A stretch of DNA of 64,000 bases, from the IMG/VR virus record IMGVR_UViG_3300018080_000160; one strand, written 5' to 3'. Numbering within the stretch: the first letter of the stretch is position 1; every line of letters starts with the position of its first letter. This document shows positions 20,669 to 30,428 of this stretch, piece by piece. The notes under the pieces are model-generated. The model was not told the origin of the DNA, ran no database searches, and worked only from the letters and a program-made list of their open reading frames with translations. The stretch comes from an uncultured virus (IMG/VR IMGVR_UViG_3300018080_000160). Its lineage: Duplodnaviria; Heunggongvirae; Uroviricota; Caudoviricetes. The translations under genes and the position numbers were made by a program.

Positions 20669-21030
20669 GGGGTAACAGCCTCCAGTAATGTGAATTTACT
20701 GTCAACAACGGTCTTTTCCTGACCGCCAATAATTACTTTCACGTCGTAAACATAATCTCCAGCATCTAAATCTCGCGTATTGGCAGGAATAATTTTAACA
20801 TAGCACTGGCCGGGGCTTGTCACTTGGTCTAATATCTCAATCTCGTTAATAGAGCCGCCAGCATCCGGGCTACGCCTCTGAACTGAAACCGCTGGAGTTG
20901 TCTTAGTTTTTTTCACTGTAAAAATAACCCCGGCTCCTGTTAAATCAATCGTGTCATCATTTTCATCATATACAGTAAGAAGCCATGTACCATGATTGCC
21001 TTTGTGTATTTGTATAGCATTAACCGTCAT
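20665..21030 (-). CDS. BppU-like Ig-fold virion protein
   Basis: IDLTGAGVIFTVKK..G..V.I..T..L.AGDYVYDVKV. Confidence 0.6.
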   Translation of the reverse strand: MTVNAIQIHKGNHGTWLLTVYDENDDTIDLTGAGVIFTVKKTKTTPAVSVQRRSPDAGGSINEIEILDQVTSPGQCYVKIIPANTRDLDAGDYVYDVKVIIGGQEKTVVDSKFTLLEAVTP

Positions 21031-21190
21031 CTCTCAACACTCCTGTTAGTTCTTCAACGCGAATCATAGTACCATTGATCTCTCCAACACCCACCATCTC
21101 ACCAGAGAGTTCACCGTCTAATATTAACAACGGGTTCTGTTCTATCTTTCTTGGTTCTATCCAACCAAGTGAGGCGAATCCTACGGTCAA
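21020..21190 (-). CDS. small hypothetical protein (56 aa, not in ORF track)
   Basis: TTG start overlapping upstream TGA; fills the gap; MTVGFASLGWIEPRK... Confidence 0.5.
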   Translation of the reverse strand: MTVGFASLGWIEPRKIEQNPLLILDGELSGEMVGVGEINGTMIRVEELTGVLRDDG

Positions 21191-22845
21191 AGTTCACGCA
21201 CCATCCTATGCAAGTTTACTCTATTGAATCCATCAATTCCGACACTTAAAGTATATTTGTATAGAAGACCAGTTATCTTGTCGTGGAGCTCTGCGTTGGT
21301 TTTTGAATCGTATATGTAAGCTACGCAGTCAGTATGGTTGTCTGCTACGTCGTATTCGTAGTCATCGACCACTATATTATCGTGAACCAATCCAAGAACT
21401 CTGGATAACATCTCGGTGATATTGTCCAAGACGGTACTGAAGTTTGCGGGAATTAGATCGGTTTTAGCACGAATCTGAACGACATTACCATCAATAGTGC
21501 TTAGAAGAGATTCGTTATCATTTATCTCTCCGATAATCTCGTCTTTGTTTGCTGTAGCTTGTGTCTCTGAAGTGGGGTCGGCTGGAAGATTGTCCGTCTT
21601 TGCCTTAATCGCTTGTGCTGTCGATTCGAGAGCAAGATCAGCCACATCCGCTGATTCTCCTTCCCAAGACGAAGATCCGTGCGTAGATGATAGTTCTGAA
21701 TCTATATCAGCAGCAGACGGAATTGCGTTCAGAATCTGAGTGCGGTTGAGTGTTGCATTAGATTCTGCTGCGGGATCTACCGGAAGATTGTCTGTCTTAA
21801 CCTTCACATCTTGTACGGACGCTTCCAACGCAAGACCGCTGACATCTGCCTTATACTGGTTAGGATTATCAAGATCGGACTGTGCAGCATCCATCTGGTC
21901 ACTCAACGCCTTCAAATCATCACTGTCAGACCCCCGAATGGCCGACTCAGAAACGGAGATTGCAGAGGTTATGGCAGATTGGGAAGCAGGATCGGCAGGC
22001 AGATTGTCTGTTTTTGATTTAACTGCTTGCACTGACGCTTCAAGTGCAAGAGCAGAGATATCTGCCTTGTATTGATTAGGATTATCAAGATCCGCTTGAA
22101 TCGCAGCTAACGCAGCAGAGTATTCTCCAACTGCAGGTAGCGCATCAATCTTGATCTCGTTAGCATCGATCTCCGCAATTATGTTCGTTTCTTTCGTGTC
22201 CATGTAGGATTTGAGATCGGCTTCCATCGTGTCCGTATCAGCGAGAATGTCCGTTACATTTCCTTGCATCGCATCGATCTTAGTTTCATTCGCGTCGATC
22301 TCTGCAATTATATTGGCAGTGTTAGTGGTCGCGTTCGCTTCCGTTGCGAGAGCCGAGACATCTGCTTTATATTGATTAGGATTGTCGAGGTCTGCCTGAA
22401 TTGCTGCAAGTGCAGCGGTATATTCATCTGTAGCTGGGAGTGCATCTATCTGGTCGGATATGGACTTGAGTGTGTCCGAATCCACACCACGGATGTTAGA
22501 TTCAGCGGTAGAGATTGCAGCCTCAACTTGGCTCTGATCTGCTGGATCAGATGGTAAGTTTGTAGTCTTTTCGTGAATGGCACGGACATCTGCGACGGAG
22601 GATTCGGAGTAGAGGTATCGCGCATCAACTGTATCAGTGCCAGCGTTGTAGATGACTACATACTGTTCCGTGTCGTCGTAAGAACTCCAAGAATACTTGT
22701 ACCACCCATCACCAATCTCGCTCATAGACTGAGCATTCACGACAACAGAATTATCCGAGACCTTCCTAACAGTAACAGTAGGGGTCAACCCTGTCTCGGG
22801 CGCACCAGCCAATGTGAAAAATGCTGTTAGGACTCTCGTAGCCAT
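21187..22845 (-). CDS. repeat-rich fibrous virion protein
   Basis: Repeats KTDNLP.DP and ADLDNPNQYKAD.S.LA.E; acidic coiled coil. Confidence 0.7.
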   Translation of the reverse strand: MATRVLTAFFTLAGAPETGLTPTVTVRKVSDNSVVVNAQSMSEIGDGWYKYSWSSYDDTEQYVVIYNAGTDTVDARYLYSESSVADVRAIHEKTTNLPSDPADQSQVEAAISTAESNIRGVDSDTLKSISDQIDALPATDEYTAALAAIQADLDNPNQYKADVSALATEANATTNTANIIAEIDANETKIDAMQGNVTDILADTDTMEADLKSYMDTKETNIIAEIDANEIKIDALPAVGEYSAALAAIQADLDNPNQYKADISALALEASVQAVKSKTDNLPADPASQSAITSAISVSESAIRGSDSDDLKALSDQMDAAQSDLDNPNQYKADVSGLALEASVQDVKVKTDNLPVDPAAESNATLNRTQILNAIPSAADIDSELSSTHGSSSWEGESADVADLALESTAQAIKAKTDNLPADPTSETQATANKDEIIGEINDNESLLSTIDGNVVQIRAKTDLIPANFSTVLDNITEMLSRVLGLVHDNIVVDDYEYDVADNHTDCVAYIYDSKTNAELHDKITGLLYKYTLSVGIDGFNRVNLHRMVREL

Positions 22846-23195
22846 TAGATTTCAACAACCGTTCCGTTAATGTAGCCTTGATTAACCAAGTATTCCGCGA
22901 TCTCTTTCTCCAAATCAGCGTGAACCGAAAGCGTACCAGTAGGGGAGTCTGCAAACGCATCGTACTCCCCGTTGACAAACTCGAATTGTTTACCGGGTAT
23001 AGGGGGCTTGTATTTTACACCTTCGTCAAAATAGACCAACCCAAGCCATATCCTCACGATTGCAGGCATTCCAGTTCCCCGAAACTCCATCTCGAACTTG
23101 CATACTTGCCAATGCGTGAGCGGAGGCAACTGGCTCCCGTACAACTCAGACGGGTATGTTATCGGTTGACTCAACTGTATGAATCTTTGTGTCAT
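22845..23195 (-). CDS. hypothetical protein
   Basis: 116-aa ORF coupled to its neighbours. Confidence 0.6.
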   Translation of the reverse strand: MTQRFIQLSQPITYPSELYGSQLPPLTHWQVCKFEMEFRGTGMPAIVRIWLGLVYFDEGVKYKPPIPGKQFEFVNGEYDAFADSPTGTLSVHADLEKEIAEYLVNQGYINGTVVEI

Positions 23196-24495
23196 TCAAA
23201 TCCCTCATAATCTTTTTGTAGAACTCGTAATGTGTGAATGCGTTATCTCTCCAACCGTTCTTGCTGGTAAACTCCCACGCAAGATCAACTTTTGCCTCGT
23301 CGTAATTGAAGTTTCGTATTGCATCTATAAGCGCATCAGCAGACGGTTCAATTATATCACAACATTGGCCCGGAAGGTATTCGATGATTGGACATTCGGT
23401 CGAAATTATTGTAGGGACGCGAAGTGCCATCCATTCACCTACAACAATCTCGTAGGAACCATATCGTGATGGAACCAAACCGATATCTGCAATCTTCATC
23501 AAATCCCACTTCAAATCTTGCCCGCAATGACTTTCCCATTCAAAGTTGGGACATTCTTCGAGTGTACGCTTAGCCATCTGAGCAAGTTCGGTGGCTCCTT
23601 TATCGTGGGTAAATGAATACACGGAAATTAAGATGAACTTGTATTGGGGAAATTCCCGCACCGCTTCCAAGAAGAAATCAATCCCCTTCTGGGGTACAAG
23701 CCGACCAACAAGAACTATAATCTTCTCGTACTTGCCAAGTCGTTTCTTTCGTTCATCCAAGTTAAATCTAATTGTCTGCAAGTAGTCGTGATTTATAGCG
23801 TTAGGAATGACGGTAATCTTATCTTCAATTAGCGGCATCCACTCAACCACTTTATTCTTGTAATAATTTGATAGTGTATGGATAGCGGCAGCATCTGTAT
23901 AAGCAAGTGCCTCTCTCGTTACCGATAAACGCCAGTGCGCGGATTTATACATCTTTTGAGGCCCGAGATACACGGACAAGTGTATGCTTACGACTTTCGG
24001 GCAATTATAATAATACGAAAGGGTTTCTGCGACAAACCACATATCCGTATCGTGTGCGTGAATGAGGTCGAATTCTAAATCTCTTAGATTAAGCGCGAAG
24101 TTGTTCATAAAGTTGTGGTACGCCTTCATCTCCTCGAATATAACCTTCCCGTGACCGTGAACCCCAACTTTCTTTCCATTTACTTCCACAATTGTTTTAT
24201 CGTTGATTACAGGATAATCGTTTAGAAAGAATGAATTGTATATTCTGTAAAATCCTTTTCTGTAGTACCAATTCGCTGGATCTATCTTCTCTGTAACTTC
24301 TTTTGATGCTACGAAAAATCCGGGTTCGCAACCTGCTGGAGTAGGCGAAAAGATGACGATATCTACATATTCACACAAGTAGTCACACATCTGGCGCATG
24401 TAAACACCACGACCACCGATGGGATTAAGGACATCTTCCCCGCAGAGCATTAAAATTTTAAGCAGTGTAGATCCCCTCCACGCGATAAAATCCAA
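23146..24495 (-). CDS. GT-B fold glycosyltransferase (GT4-like)
   Basis: KILML..GGRGVY; FDLIHAHD; VIPNAI; VGRLVPQKGID; ADIGLVPSRY..EWMA.RVP; true start probably ~24450-24465. Confidence 0.9.
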   Translation of the reverse strand: MDFIAWRGSTLLKILMLCGEDVLNPIGGRGVYMRQMCDYLCEYVDIVIFSPTPAGCEPGFFVASKEVTEKIDPANWYYRKGFYRIYNSFFLNDYPVINDKTIVEVNGKKVGVHGHGKVIFEEMKAYHNFMNNFALNLRDLEFDLIHAHDTDMWFVAETLSYYYNCPKVVSIHLSVYLGPQKMYKSAHWRLSVTREALAYTDAAAIHTLSNYYKNKVVEWMPLIEDKITVIPNAINHDYLQTIRFNLDERKKRLGKYEKIIVLVGRLVPQKGIDFFLEAVREFPQYKFILISVYSFTHDKGATELAQMAKRTLEECPNFEWESHCGQDLKWDLMKIADIGLVPSRYGSYEIVVGEWMALRVPTIISTECPIIEYLPGQCCDIIEPSADALIDAIRNFNYDEAKVDLAWEFTSKNGWRDNAFTHYEFYKKIMRDLNDTKIHTVESTDNIPV

Positions 24496-24967
24496 TGAGA
24501 TTGATAATAGAATTCACCGACGGGTGCGTGTTCAGAATGGTTAATTTAAGTTCATCTCCATCAATCTGCGCGTGTTTGATGCGCGAAGCACCACCACTTG
24601 AATTGTAGTGAGCAGAAGAGAGATAATTCTCAGTGGAATACTTCCGATAGCGTTGCCAGTATTCCCAAACCGTGTACGGGAATCCGGCAGGATAAGATGC
24701 AATTGTCGTGACGGAATACTCGTCAAGTTCAGCCCATGCATCGTCTACATCTCGCGTGACCTCGATGTACCCACCCATTCCACGCTTGCGCGTGTATGAA
24801 ATGCTGTGCGGGACAATTACATCTATGTGACCATACGCGAAGTTATCCCTACTGAGAGTTGCGATGACGAATGTTGTATCGCCCGGTGGAATCGTTTCAC
24901 CACTCAAAGAGAAGTTTCCTTTCTCAACTAAGTCCAATGTTCTGTTAGGAGCGTGAGGAGGAAACAA
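24458..24967 (-). CDS. hypothetical virion-module protein
   Basis: 169-aa ORF in operon. Confidence 0.6.
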   Translation of the reverse strand: MFPPHAPNRTLDLVEKGNFSLSGETIPPGDTTFVIATLSRDNFAYGHIDVIVPHSISYTRKRGMGGYIEVTRDVDDAWAELDEYSVTTIASYPAGFPYTVWEYWQRYRKYSTENYLSSAHYNSSGGASRIKHAQIDGDELKLTILNTHPSVNSIINLIGFYRVEGIYTA

Positions 24968-24978
24968 GATATCCCCTC

Positions 24979-25410
24979 CTAAGCGACTGAACCGATTACA
25001 ACAATATCAAATGTATCTGCGCCTGCTACGTCGTCACATTGCAAGTGTAGCTTTGATGTTTCGTCTAAGTCGTAGTAAGGCTGTTTTGGGTCGAATATCT
25101 TGGTGAGCTTCGCGTTATTACCAGCCTCAGTTACAATCTCGTACTCGTGAGCATCATCCAAGAAGATTCGAATGTCAAAGTTAGCAGAATCGCTCTTTAC
25201 AAGCAGATAATGTAGCATAAAGCCATTCGAGGGTAAATCTAAGTCAATCTTACCTTCTGCTTGCTCCGTAACTGTAATCGGTGTACCGAGTTCATCTGAC
25301 ATCACAAGTTTATATCGGCCATCCGACTTACCGGAAGGGAGACCACCAACTGTCGGGTATGCTTTCTTACCATCGGTTCCAATTATACAAACGCCTAATG
25401 TGTCTGACAT
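24979..25410 (-). CDS. hypothetical virion-module protein
   Basis: 143-aa ORF, GAGG SD. Confidence 0.65.
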   Translation of the reverse strand: MSDTLGVCIIGTDGKKAYPTVGGLPSGKSDGRYKLVMSDELGTPITVTEQAEGKIDLDLPSNGFMLHYLLVKSDSANFDIRIFLDDAHEYEIVTEAGNNAKLTKIFDPKQPYYDLDETSKLHLQCDDVAGADTFDIVVIGSVA

Positions 25411-25433
25411 TATATTTTCCCTCAGTTTTTGGT

Positions 25434-25508
25434 TGGTGACACGGGGGGGAATCGAACCACCCGACCTGCCCTTATCAGGGACACGCTCTACCGCTGAGCT
25501 ACCGCGTC
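25434..25508 (-). tRNA. tRNA-Ile (GAT), CCA encoded
   Basis: GACGCGG-TA-GCTC-AGCGGTA-GAGC-G-TGTCC-CTGATAA-GGGCA-GGTCG-GGTGG-TTCGATT-CCCCC-CCGTGTC-A-CCA; one U.C mismatch in the T stem. Confidence 0.92.
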
Positions 25509-25529
25509 ATATTAAATAAAAAAGGGGAA

Positions 25530-25853
25530 TTAAGTTTTGGAGATTACGAAGGCATACATCTTGCCGACTGCATCTCTCGGGGTAATTTCCTGTGCGAGAA
25601 ACTTTGCATCATCCAGAGTTTCGATATAAGTCTCCAGATCAGCCATCTGGTCTGGTAATCTATAGTACGCGCAGATACATGGATTTACTCCAGCAGCAGT
25701 CTTCGAAGTCAAGATAGCGTAAATCTTACCGCTTGCATCTTGTTCCGTGAATCGCAGCGAGAGGAAATCTGCATCTTTGATTACCTCGATAGCGTCATGA
25801 AGATCCGTTACCTGCTCTGGTAAGCGGAAGGTTTGGGCTACTTGGTTCGCCAT
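25530..25853 (-). CDS. internally duplicated small head-module protein
   Basis: Two ~50-aa copies of RLP.Q..DL...IE...DA.FL......DA.GK.YA...SKT. Confidence 0.75.
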   Translation of the reverse strand: MANQVAQTFRLPEQVTDLHDAIEVIKDADFLSLRFTEQDASGKIYAILTSKTAAGVNPCICAYYRLPDQMADLETYIETLDDAKFLAQEITPRDAVGKMYAFVISKT

Positions 25854-25867
25854 TTACCTTACCTCCC

Positions 25868-26833
25868 TTACAAGCTCACCGCATTTTTGTACCCGAAGAT
25901 AAATTGCGGTCGGAAGATGTCACATGCCATTATCCCGCCAACTTGAATCTCAGTAGCATCACGCATCAGTTTGTGCTTGCTCCGAGTGAATAACCCTTTC
26001 AGAACATGCATCGCACCGAGTTGTTTACCACGCTTGAAGATATAAGCGTCGTCACCAACGATAGGCGTGAGTGCTGACTTTTCATCTTCGTTGTCGGTGA
26101 GAATATCGGCATTGGCCTCGAAAATTTCCAGTCCGGCAAGTCTTCCATGCGAACCCGGAACGTTCGTCTCAATCATATTGTCGTCCTTGATGAGACGCTG
26201 CGTTAAGGGGCCGTACCTGTCCCATTGCTTCATCCCAGTATTATTTTTAATTGCCTCGACCACATCGGGACTGCACAACATCGTATCAGGAACGACTTTC
26301 GCGTACTTCTTGACATTCGTTTTCGCGTGGATTAAATCTTTCACGATATCTACCGGGCCAGAACCTCCTTCCCAGTTCTTCCCGCCATTGTCCAAATCAA
26401 CCCAGAAGTAGTTCTCCGCATCACTCGCCACCGCAGGGATGTTCATATAACACGCATCAATGATGGCGTGAATTCGAAGCCACTCTTGGCGTAGGGCAAA
26501 CCGCTCAGTCAAGTTCTCAACGGAATCTTTCACAATGTTCCGTCCCTCGACCATATCAGTGAAATCTGACACGAGATCGCGTTCTTTGAAAGGTTCAACG
26601 CGACCAACCCGTTGCTCGTACCGGGTGTGGATGAGCGGGCCTTTGTCGTTCTCAGCCACTTTGGGGGTCATACCACCAACGACACCGTAGTATCGCCAAC
26701 GGTAGGTTAGATTCTTAACTTGGCGGTCAGGCAAGAAATACTTCCCAACGAATTCGCCCTGCAATCGCTTGAGGGCGATGGGTAGCATGTAATCCGGGTG
26801 TAGGATGCTTAAGCCTTCAAATGTCTGTGACAT
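25868..26833 (-). CDS. major capsid protein (HK97 fold)
   Basis: 321 aa; TPKVAEN..P; RQEW; DIVKDLIHAK..PDTMLCSPDVVEAI..N; GRLAGLEI; downstream of protease. Confidence 0.85.
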   Translation of the reverse strand: MSQTFEGLSILHPDYMLPIALKRLQGEFVGKYFLPDRQVKNLTYRWRYYGVVGGMTPKVAENDKGPLIHTRYEQRVGRVEPFKERDLVSDFTDMVEGRNIVKDSVENLTERFALRQEWLRIHAIIDACYMNIPAVASDAENYFWVDLDNGGKNWEGGSGPVDIVKDLIHAKTNVKKYAKVVPDTMLCSPDVVEAIKNNTGMKQWDRYGPLTQRLIKDDNMIETNVPGSHGRLAGLEIFEANADILTDNEDEKSALTPIVGDDAYIFKRGKQLGAMHVLKGLFTRSKHKLMRDATEIQVGGIMACDIFRPQFIFGYKNAVSL

Positions 26834-27673
26834 TTACACCAACTCCAATCGGGTGCGTTCATACGTGTCGGCATCGGTGCGAGCATTAGCATCTTTCAAC
26901 GCACGTCCAACAGTGAACTGGTAAACTCGGTCATCGTAAGCCTGAATCTTGAGGAGCAAAACATCCCCATCGGCCAGAGCAGTACCGATTTTCACGATGT
27001 TATCTCCCGTGGTTGGCTGTAACGAAATCTCTCCAGCACCGGGATCTGCAGTGTCGTCAGCAATCACAGTCAGAGCCACGTTTCCGGGAGTGGAGACATC
27101 CAGAATGGAGCCAGACACGATAGATTTAATCTTCCAACACCCATCCGGGAGGAAATCACTCAAATCAAGATCGGCATCAGCAGCAACCCCAGCAGCAGGC
27201 GTGAAATACGTGAGTTGTTGTTCCGTGAATTGCTGGACAACATCTCCAAGCTCCCCGTAAGTGTTTTCGGGGTCACACATTACCATGTGAGGCGCACTAA
27301 TTCCATTCGCGTCGATTCCCGCAGCAATGTTGATATGGCCCATCCGAGTACGCTTCACAGCTTCCCCAGAATAAGTAGGCTTCATCAGAATGCCGCTATA
27401 GTTTTTGTATTGCGCGGCAACCATCGCCTTGTGTTCTCCTTCAGCGTGACCACCTGCCCCAGCTTCTTGACTGAGATACAGTGGGATTCCGGCATAGTTG
27501 ATTTCCCTTAGCGGGAAACGCTTCTTCGTACCAAGACCCATATCCTCTCCGGCAATACCGCCCCAAATCGCTTCTGAGGTGGGGGGCCGCTTCATCCAAG
27601 GGATCTCGGAAGATTCATCTTCAACAATATTCGCTTTGCGTGGGTCGTATGACATCTTAGAACCCTCCGTCAA
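26834..27673 (-). CDS. head decoration/cement-like protein
   Basis: Between protease and capsid genes; C-terminal VGRAL.DA. Confidence 0.5.
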   Translation of the reverse strand: MTEGSKMSYDPRKANIVEDESSEIPWMKRPPTSEAIWGGIAGEDMGLGTKKRFPLREINYAGIPLYLSQEAGAGGHAEGEHKAMVAAQYKNYSGILMKPTYSGEAVKRTRMGHINIAAGIDANGISAPHMVMCDPENTYGELGDVVQQFTEQQLTYFTPAAGVAADADLDLSDFLPDGCWKIKSIVSGSILDVSTPGNVALTVIADDTADPGAGEISLQPTTGDNIVKIGTALADGDVLLLKIQAYDDRVYQFTVGRALKDANARTDADTYERTRLELV

Positions 27674-28757
27674 TTGGCCCCATTAAATCGCCGGGCTGTC
27701 GCTGACCAGCAACACCTTGACCGTCAATAAGCTTGTCGGTCACTTCTTGCCTTTGTTGGGGGGTTAGATTGTCGTACTGACCAATCTCCGTGACCGGAGA
27801 ATCTGGTTGTAAACCCCCTAACTGGTGGCTGACATCAAGACCCTTAGCTGCAAGTTTACGTTGCCGCTCAAAACTCTCCAACATAATAGTCAGAGCATCC
27901 GAGTTCAGCTCTTGCAGACGTTCGAGCCTTTTCTTTCCTTCTTCCTTCTTGGTGTCGAACTTCTCGTAAGTCAAGATTTGCTTGATGATTGGCTCCTTCT
28001 TCGCATCTTCCACTGCCTTTTCAGTTTCAGCAATGGTCTGCTCAAAGGTTTCAATAGCACCGTCCTTCTCACTTACCACCGTGTTGAGTCGCTCGATTTC
28101 GTTCTCTTGAAGCACAATCGTCTTCTCGTAACGTTCGATCTTGCCTCGAAGTTCATCAAGCAAATCGGTCTGACTGTCGATGGTTGTTTGTAGGTCGGTC
28201 TTGACCTTCTCAAAAAGCTCGATAACCTTATCGGTTCCGTCGGGCATTTTGACACCTTTTTCAAAAGTTAGTATTTCTTGTATAGTGCATTCTTCACAAA
28301 CTGGATCTCTCGCAAGTGATACCTCACGTATGTGGAATTTAACTATCTCTTTCGTGTTTTTGTCTCTCTGAGCAAATATACCAGCAGAAATCCCTTTAAA
28401 TCTTCGTTGATTGAGAGGCAGTGACATATCTTCCGTTAATATATCACGTACCTTCCGTGCTGTAGTTGTATCATCGTAGACTTCAACTTTAACCATTGGT
28501 TCGTCAATTTCATCGTCCCACCAGACCTTATCGACGACACCAACGAAAGAACGTACATCCTTCTCAGGGGAAATATGGAAAACACGTACTTCCTTATTCA
28601 CCCCCGTTTTAGAATAACGCTTAAGGATTGGTCGTGGAATAAGTTTGCTGGTATGCAGTTGTGCGGTTATATAAAACTTGTTTTCAGCGTTCTCTACATC
28701 TAAATCTGTCTGAGAGAAGATTTCGAGAGATTCGCTGTAAGTTTGCACGGAGCTCAT
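27657..28757 (-). CDS. prohead protease fused to coiled-coil scaffold
   Basis: VRVFH..VG; FKGISAG; IREVSLARDP; long C-terminal coiled coil. Start at 28757 (ATG) or 28856 (GTG); the extension to 28961 overlaps the motif array. Confidence 0.8.
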   Translation of the reverse strand: MSSVQTYSESLEIFSQTDLDVENAENKFYITAQLHTSKLIPRPILKRYSKTGVNKEVRVFHISPEKDVRSFVGVVDKVWWDDEIDEPMVKVEVYDDTTTARKVRDILTEDMSLPLNQRRFKGISAGIFAQRDKNTKEIVKFHIREVSLARDPVCEECTIQEILTFEKGVKMPDGTDKVIELFEKVKTDLQTTIDSQTDLLDELRGKIERYEKTIVLQENEIERLNTVVSEKDGAIETFEQTIAETEKAVEDAKKEPIIKQILTYEKFDTKKEEGKKRLERLQELNSDALTIMLESFERQRKLAAKGLDVSHQLGGLQPDSPVTEIGQYDNLTPQQRQEVTDKLIDGQGVAGQRQPGDLMGPIDGGF

Positions 28758-28885
28758 CAGATTCAATCTTTTGTTAGTTGCTCGTTGTAAACCAATCTTC
28801 CCGCCCCGATATTTATATCTTGCGTCCGGCTCGATGATCTGGTTATTTTCCTTCACCCTATATGTATGTTGAAATAGTCTATAGA

Positions 28886-28928
28886 TGTGACACATTTGTG
28901 ACACATTTGTGACATAAGTAGAGTCACA
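28886..28928. promoter_or_regulatory. TGTGACACA motif cluster 3 (11-bp tandem)
   Basis: TGTGACACATT-TGTGACACATT-TGTGACATA plus GAGTCACA, in a divergent promoter region. Confidence 0.75.
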
Positions 28929-29021
28929 AAGCCAAAAACACCTCCCGGTGCGAGGAACCAAAGAACTTTTATTGACGGTTCGTGATATTGTCCATAGAAC
29001 TGACTACCAGATGGTATAGAT

Positions 29022-29471
29022 TTGAACGAGAGAGAATTCTTCGAATACGTGTCCAAGAGAAACAAAATCGCTGTTATTGGCTACCCTTCAGTAGGAAAAT
29101 CCACAATCACCTACAGAATGGAAGCTAGTCCTCTATTTAAAAATCACAGCGTTTTCCACATGGATAAGATTCATTACAAAACATTCGGAGATTTAGTAAC
29201 GAAAGGAATAGCAGATTTAATCCGTATGCTGCACGGAAAAAGGAAATGGATTATTGAAGGCGTTCAGTGTTTCTGGTTTTTGAGAAAAGTCGCCATGAAT
29301 TATGAAAACGATCTATTCCCTGATTTAATTTTAAATGTTAGCAAGCGGAAATACAACCCGGAACCACGCCATGAACGATTTATTAAAACGATAAACACCA
29401 TCTGGAAGCAGTTTGACGAGATATGCGAGAGAGATAGTCTTAAATTTGAGTTTCTAAACTACCGAAGGTGA
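29022..29471 (+). CDS. P-loop nucleotide kinase-like protein
   Basis: IAVIGYPSVGKST; FHMD; WIIEG. Confidence 0.7.
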   Translation: MNEREFFEYVSKRNKIAVIGYPSVGKSTITYRMEASPLFKNHSVFHMDKIHYKTFGDLVTKGIADLIRMLHGKRKWIIEGVQCFWFLRKVAMNYENDLFPDLILNVSKRKYNPEPRHERFIKTINTIWKQFDEICERDSLKFEFLNYRR

Positions 29472-29477
29472 ACCGAA

Positions 29478-29711
29478 TTGACGTATCATAATGAAAAGTA
29501 TTTTTGTAACCACTGCGGGGAAGTCATAGAATCTGACGAACTCGTTACCAAAGAGTTAATGTATCGTTATTGCGAGTGGATTATAACGAGATTCCGGCAG
29601 AAGATGAAACGGAAATGCTCCACTACATTCGTCACCGCCCACTTTCATAATGAATGTTGGGAAAAGGCGTCCTCTCGACCAAAAAAGCCAAATGGTGGAA
29701 TGCATGGATAA
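29478..29711 (+). CDS. small Zn-finger protein
   Basis: CNHC...HFHNEC. Confidence 0.55.
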   Translation: MTYHNEKYFCNHCGEVIESDELVTKELMYRYCEWIITRFRQKMKRKCSTTFVTAHFHNECWEKASSRPKKPNGGMHG

Positions 29712-29775
29712 AGGAAGTATTGTAAATGGCTGATAATAGGGTCTACAAACGCAAAAAAAAGGATGGGATTAAGCA

Positions 29776-29979
29776 ATGACTAAAAAGAAAAAAAAACGGA
29801 CGAAAATCGGGTTCGTGGTTGAGGTCGTGCCCAGAGAACCGCGCTTCTTCATGCCCTCGCAGGAGTCACTCGAACAAGATGCCCGGGATATGGTAGCCCA
29901 GATCAAGCGGCATGTTGACTGGGTGAACCATGTGAATGTATTCTGGGAATTCGCCGAAGAGGAGGCGGCGCGGGAATGA
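29776..29979 (+). CDS. micro-ORF chain member 1
   Basis: Ends EEEAARE* in the conserved junction. Confidence 0.6.
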   Translation: MTKKKKKRTKIGFVVEVVPREPRFFMPSQESLEQDARDMVAQIKRHVDWVNHVNVFWEFAEEEAARE

Positions 29980-30149
29980 TTCACTCTGAAGCGGTGGATT
30001 GTCCAATCTGTCAATTTCCCAGTTACCCAGCGGAAACTTGGGTTAGCACTTCGGCAGCATGTCAGTTTTGGCCCTATATCTGTACTAATCCGGTAGAATG
30101 TCACACGATCCTGTATCAATTAAGTGAGGTGACGACGCGGGATGTGTAA
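29976..30149 (+). CDS. micro-ORF chain member 2, Zn ribbon (57 aa)
   Basis: ATGA overlap; CPIC...CTNPVEC. Confidence 0.6.
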   Translation: MIHSEAVDCPICQFPSYPAETWVSTSAACQFWPYICTNPVECHTILYQLSEVTTRDV

Positions 30150-30264
30150 CCCGTACTATCCAGCGCATCTGCTCGTCGAGTGGCGCGAGCAAGAGAAAGC
30201 GCGGGAGCAGATCGGTTACGAATTGCGCCAGATCCTCCGGCGCAAGCGGGAGGCGGTCAAGTGA
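30142..30264 (+). CDS. micro-ORF chain member 3 (40 aa)
   Basis: GAGGTGA SD; MCNPYYPAHLL...REAVK*. Confidence 0.5.
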   Translation: MCNPYYPAHLLVEWREQEKAREQIGYELRQILRRKREAVK

Positions 30265-30428
30265 GCGAGAAGAAGTGTGGACACTGCGGGGCAACCCCCG
30301 TCACCCATTACTACGATTATCGCTGCCACTGGTCGCTACCAAAGGTTCGGGTCTGGTTGTGTGAAAAATGCGCGAAAAAACACAACGAGGCTCTAATTCA
30401 TCGCAAAGAGGAGGCGGCACGGGAATGA
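30261..30428 (+). CDS. micro-ORF chain member 4, Zn finger (55 aa)
   Basis: GTGA overlap; CGHC...CEKC; ends EEAARE*. Confidence 0.6.
   Translation: MSEKKCGHCGATPVTHYYDYRCHWSLPKVRVWLCEKCAKKHNEALIHRKEEAARE

Noticed and set aside
25434..25508. tRNA as a prophage attachment site
   Set aside because: It lies inside the virion operon, with no duplicated 3' fragment, integrase or host flank in the window.
28758..28961. Long N-terminal extension of the prohead protease, and similar extensions at 895-963 and 62720-62791
   Set aside because: These run through the TGTGACACA clusters and give shared artefactual peptides such as VTNV and CHICDT.
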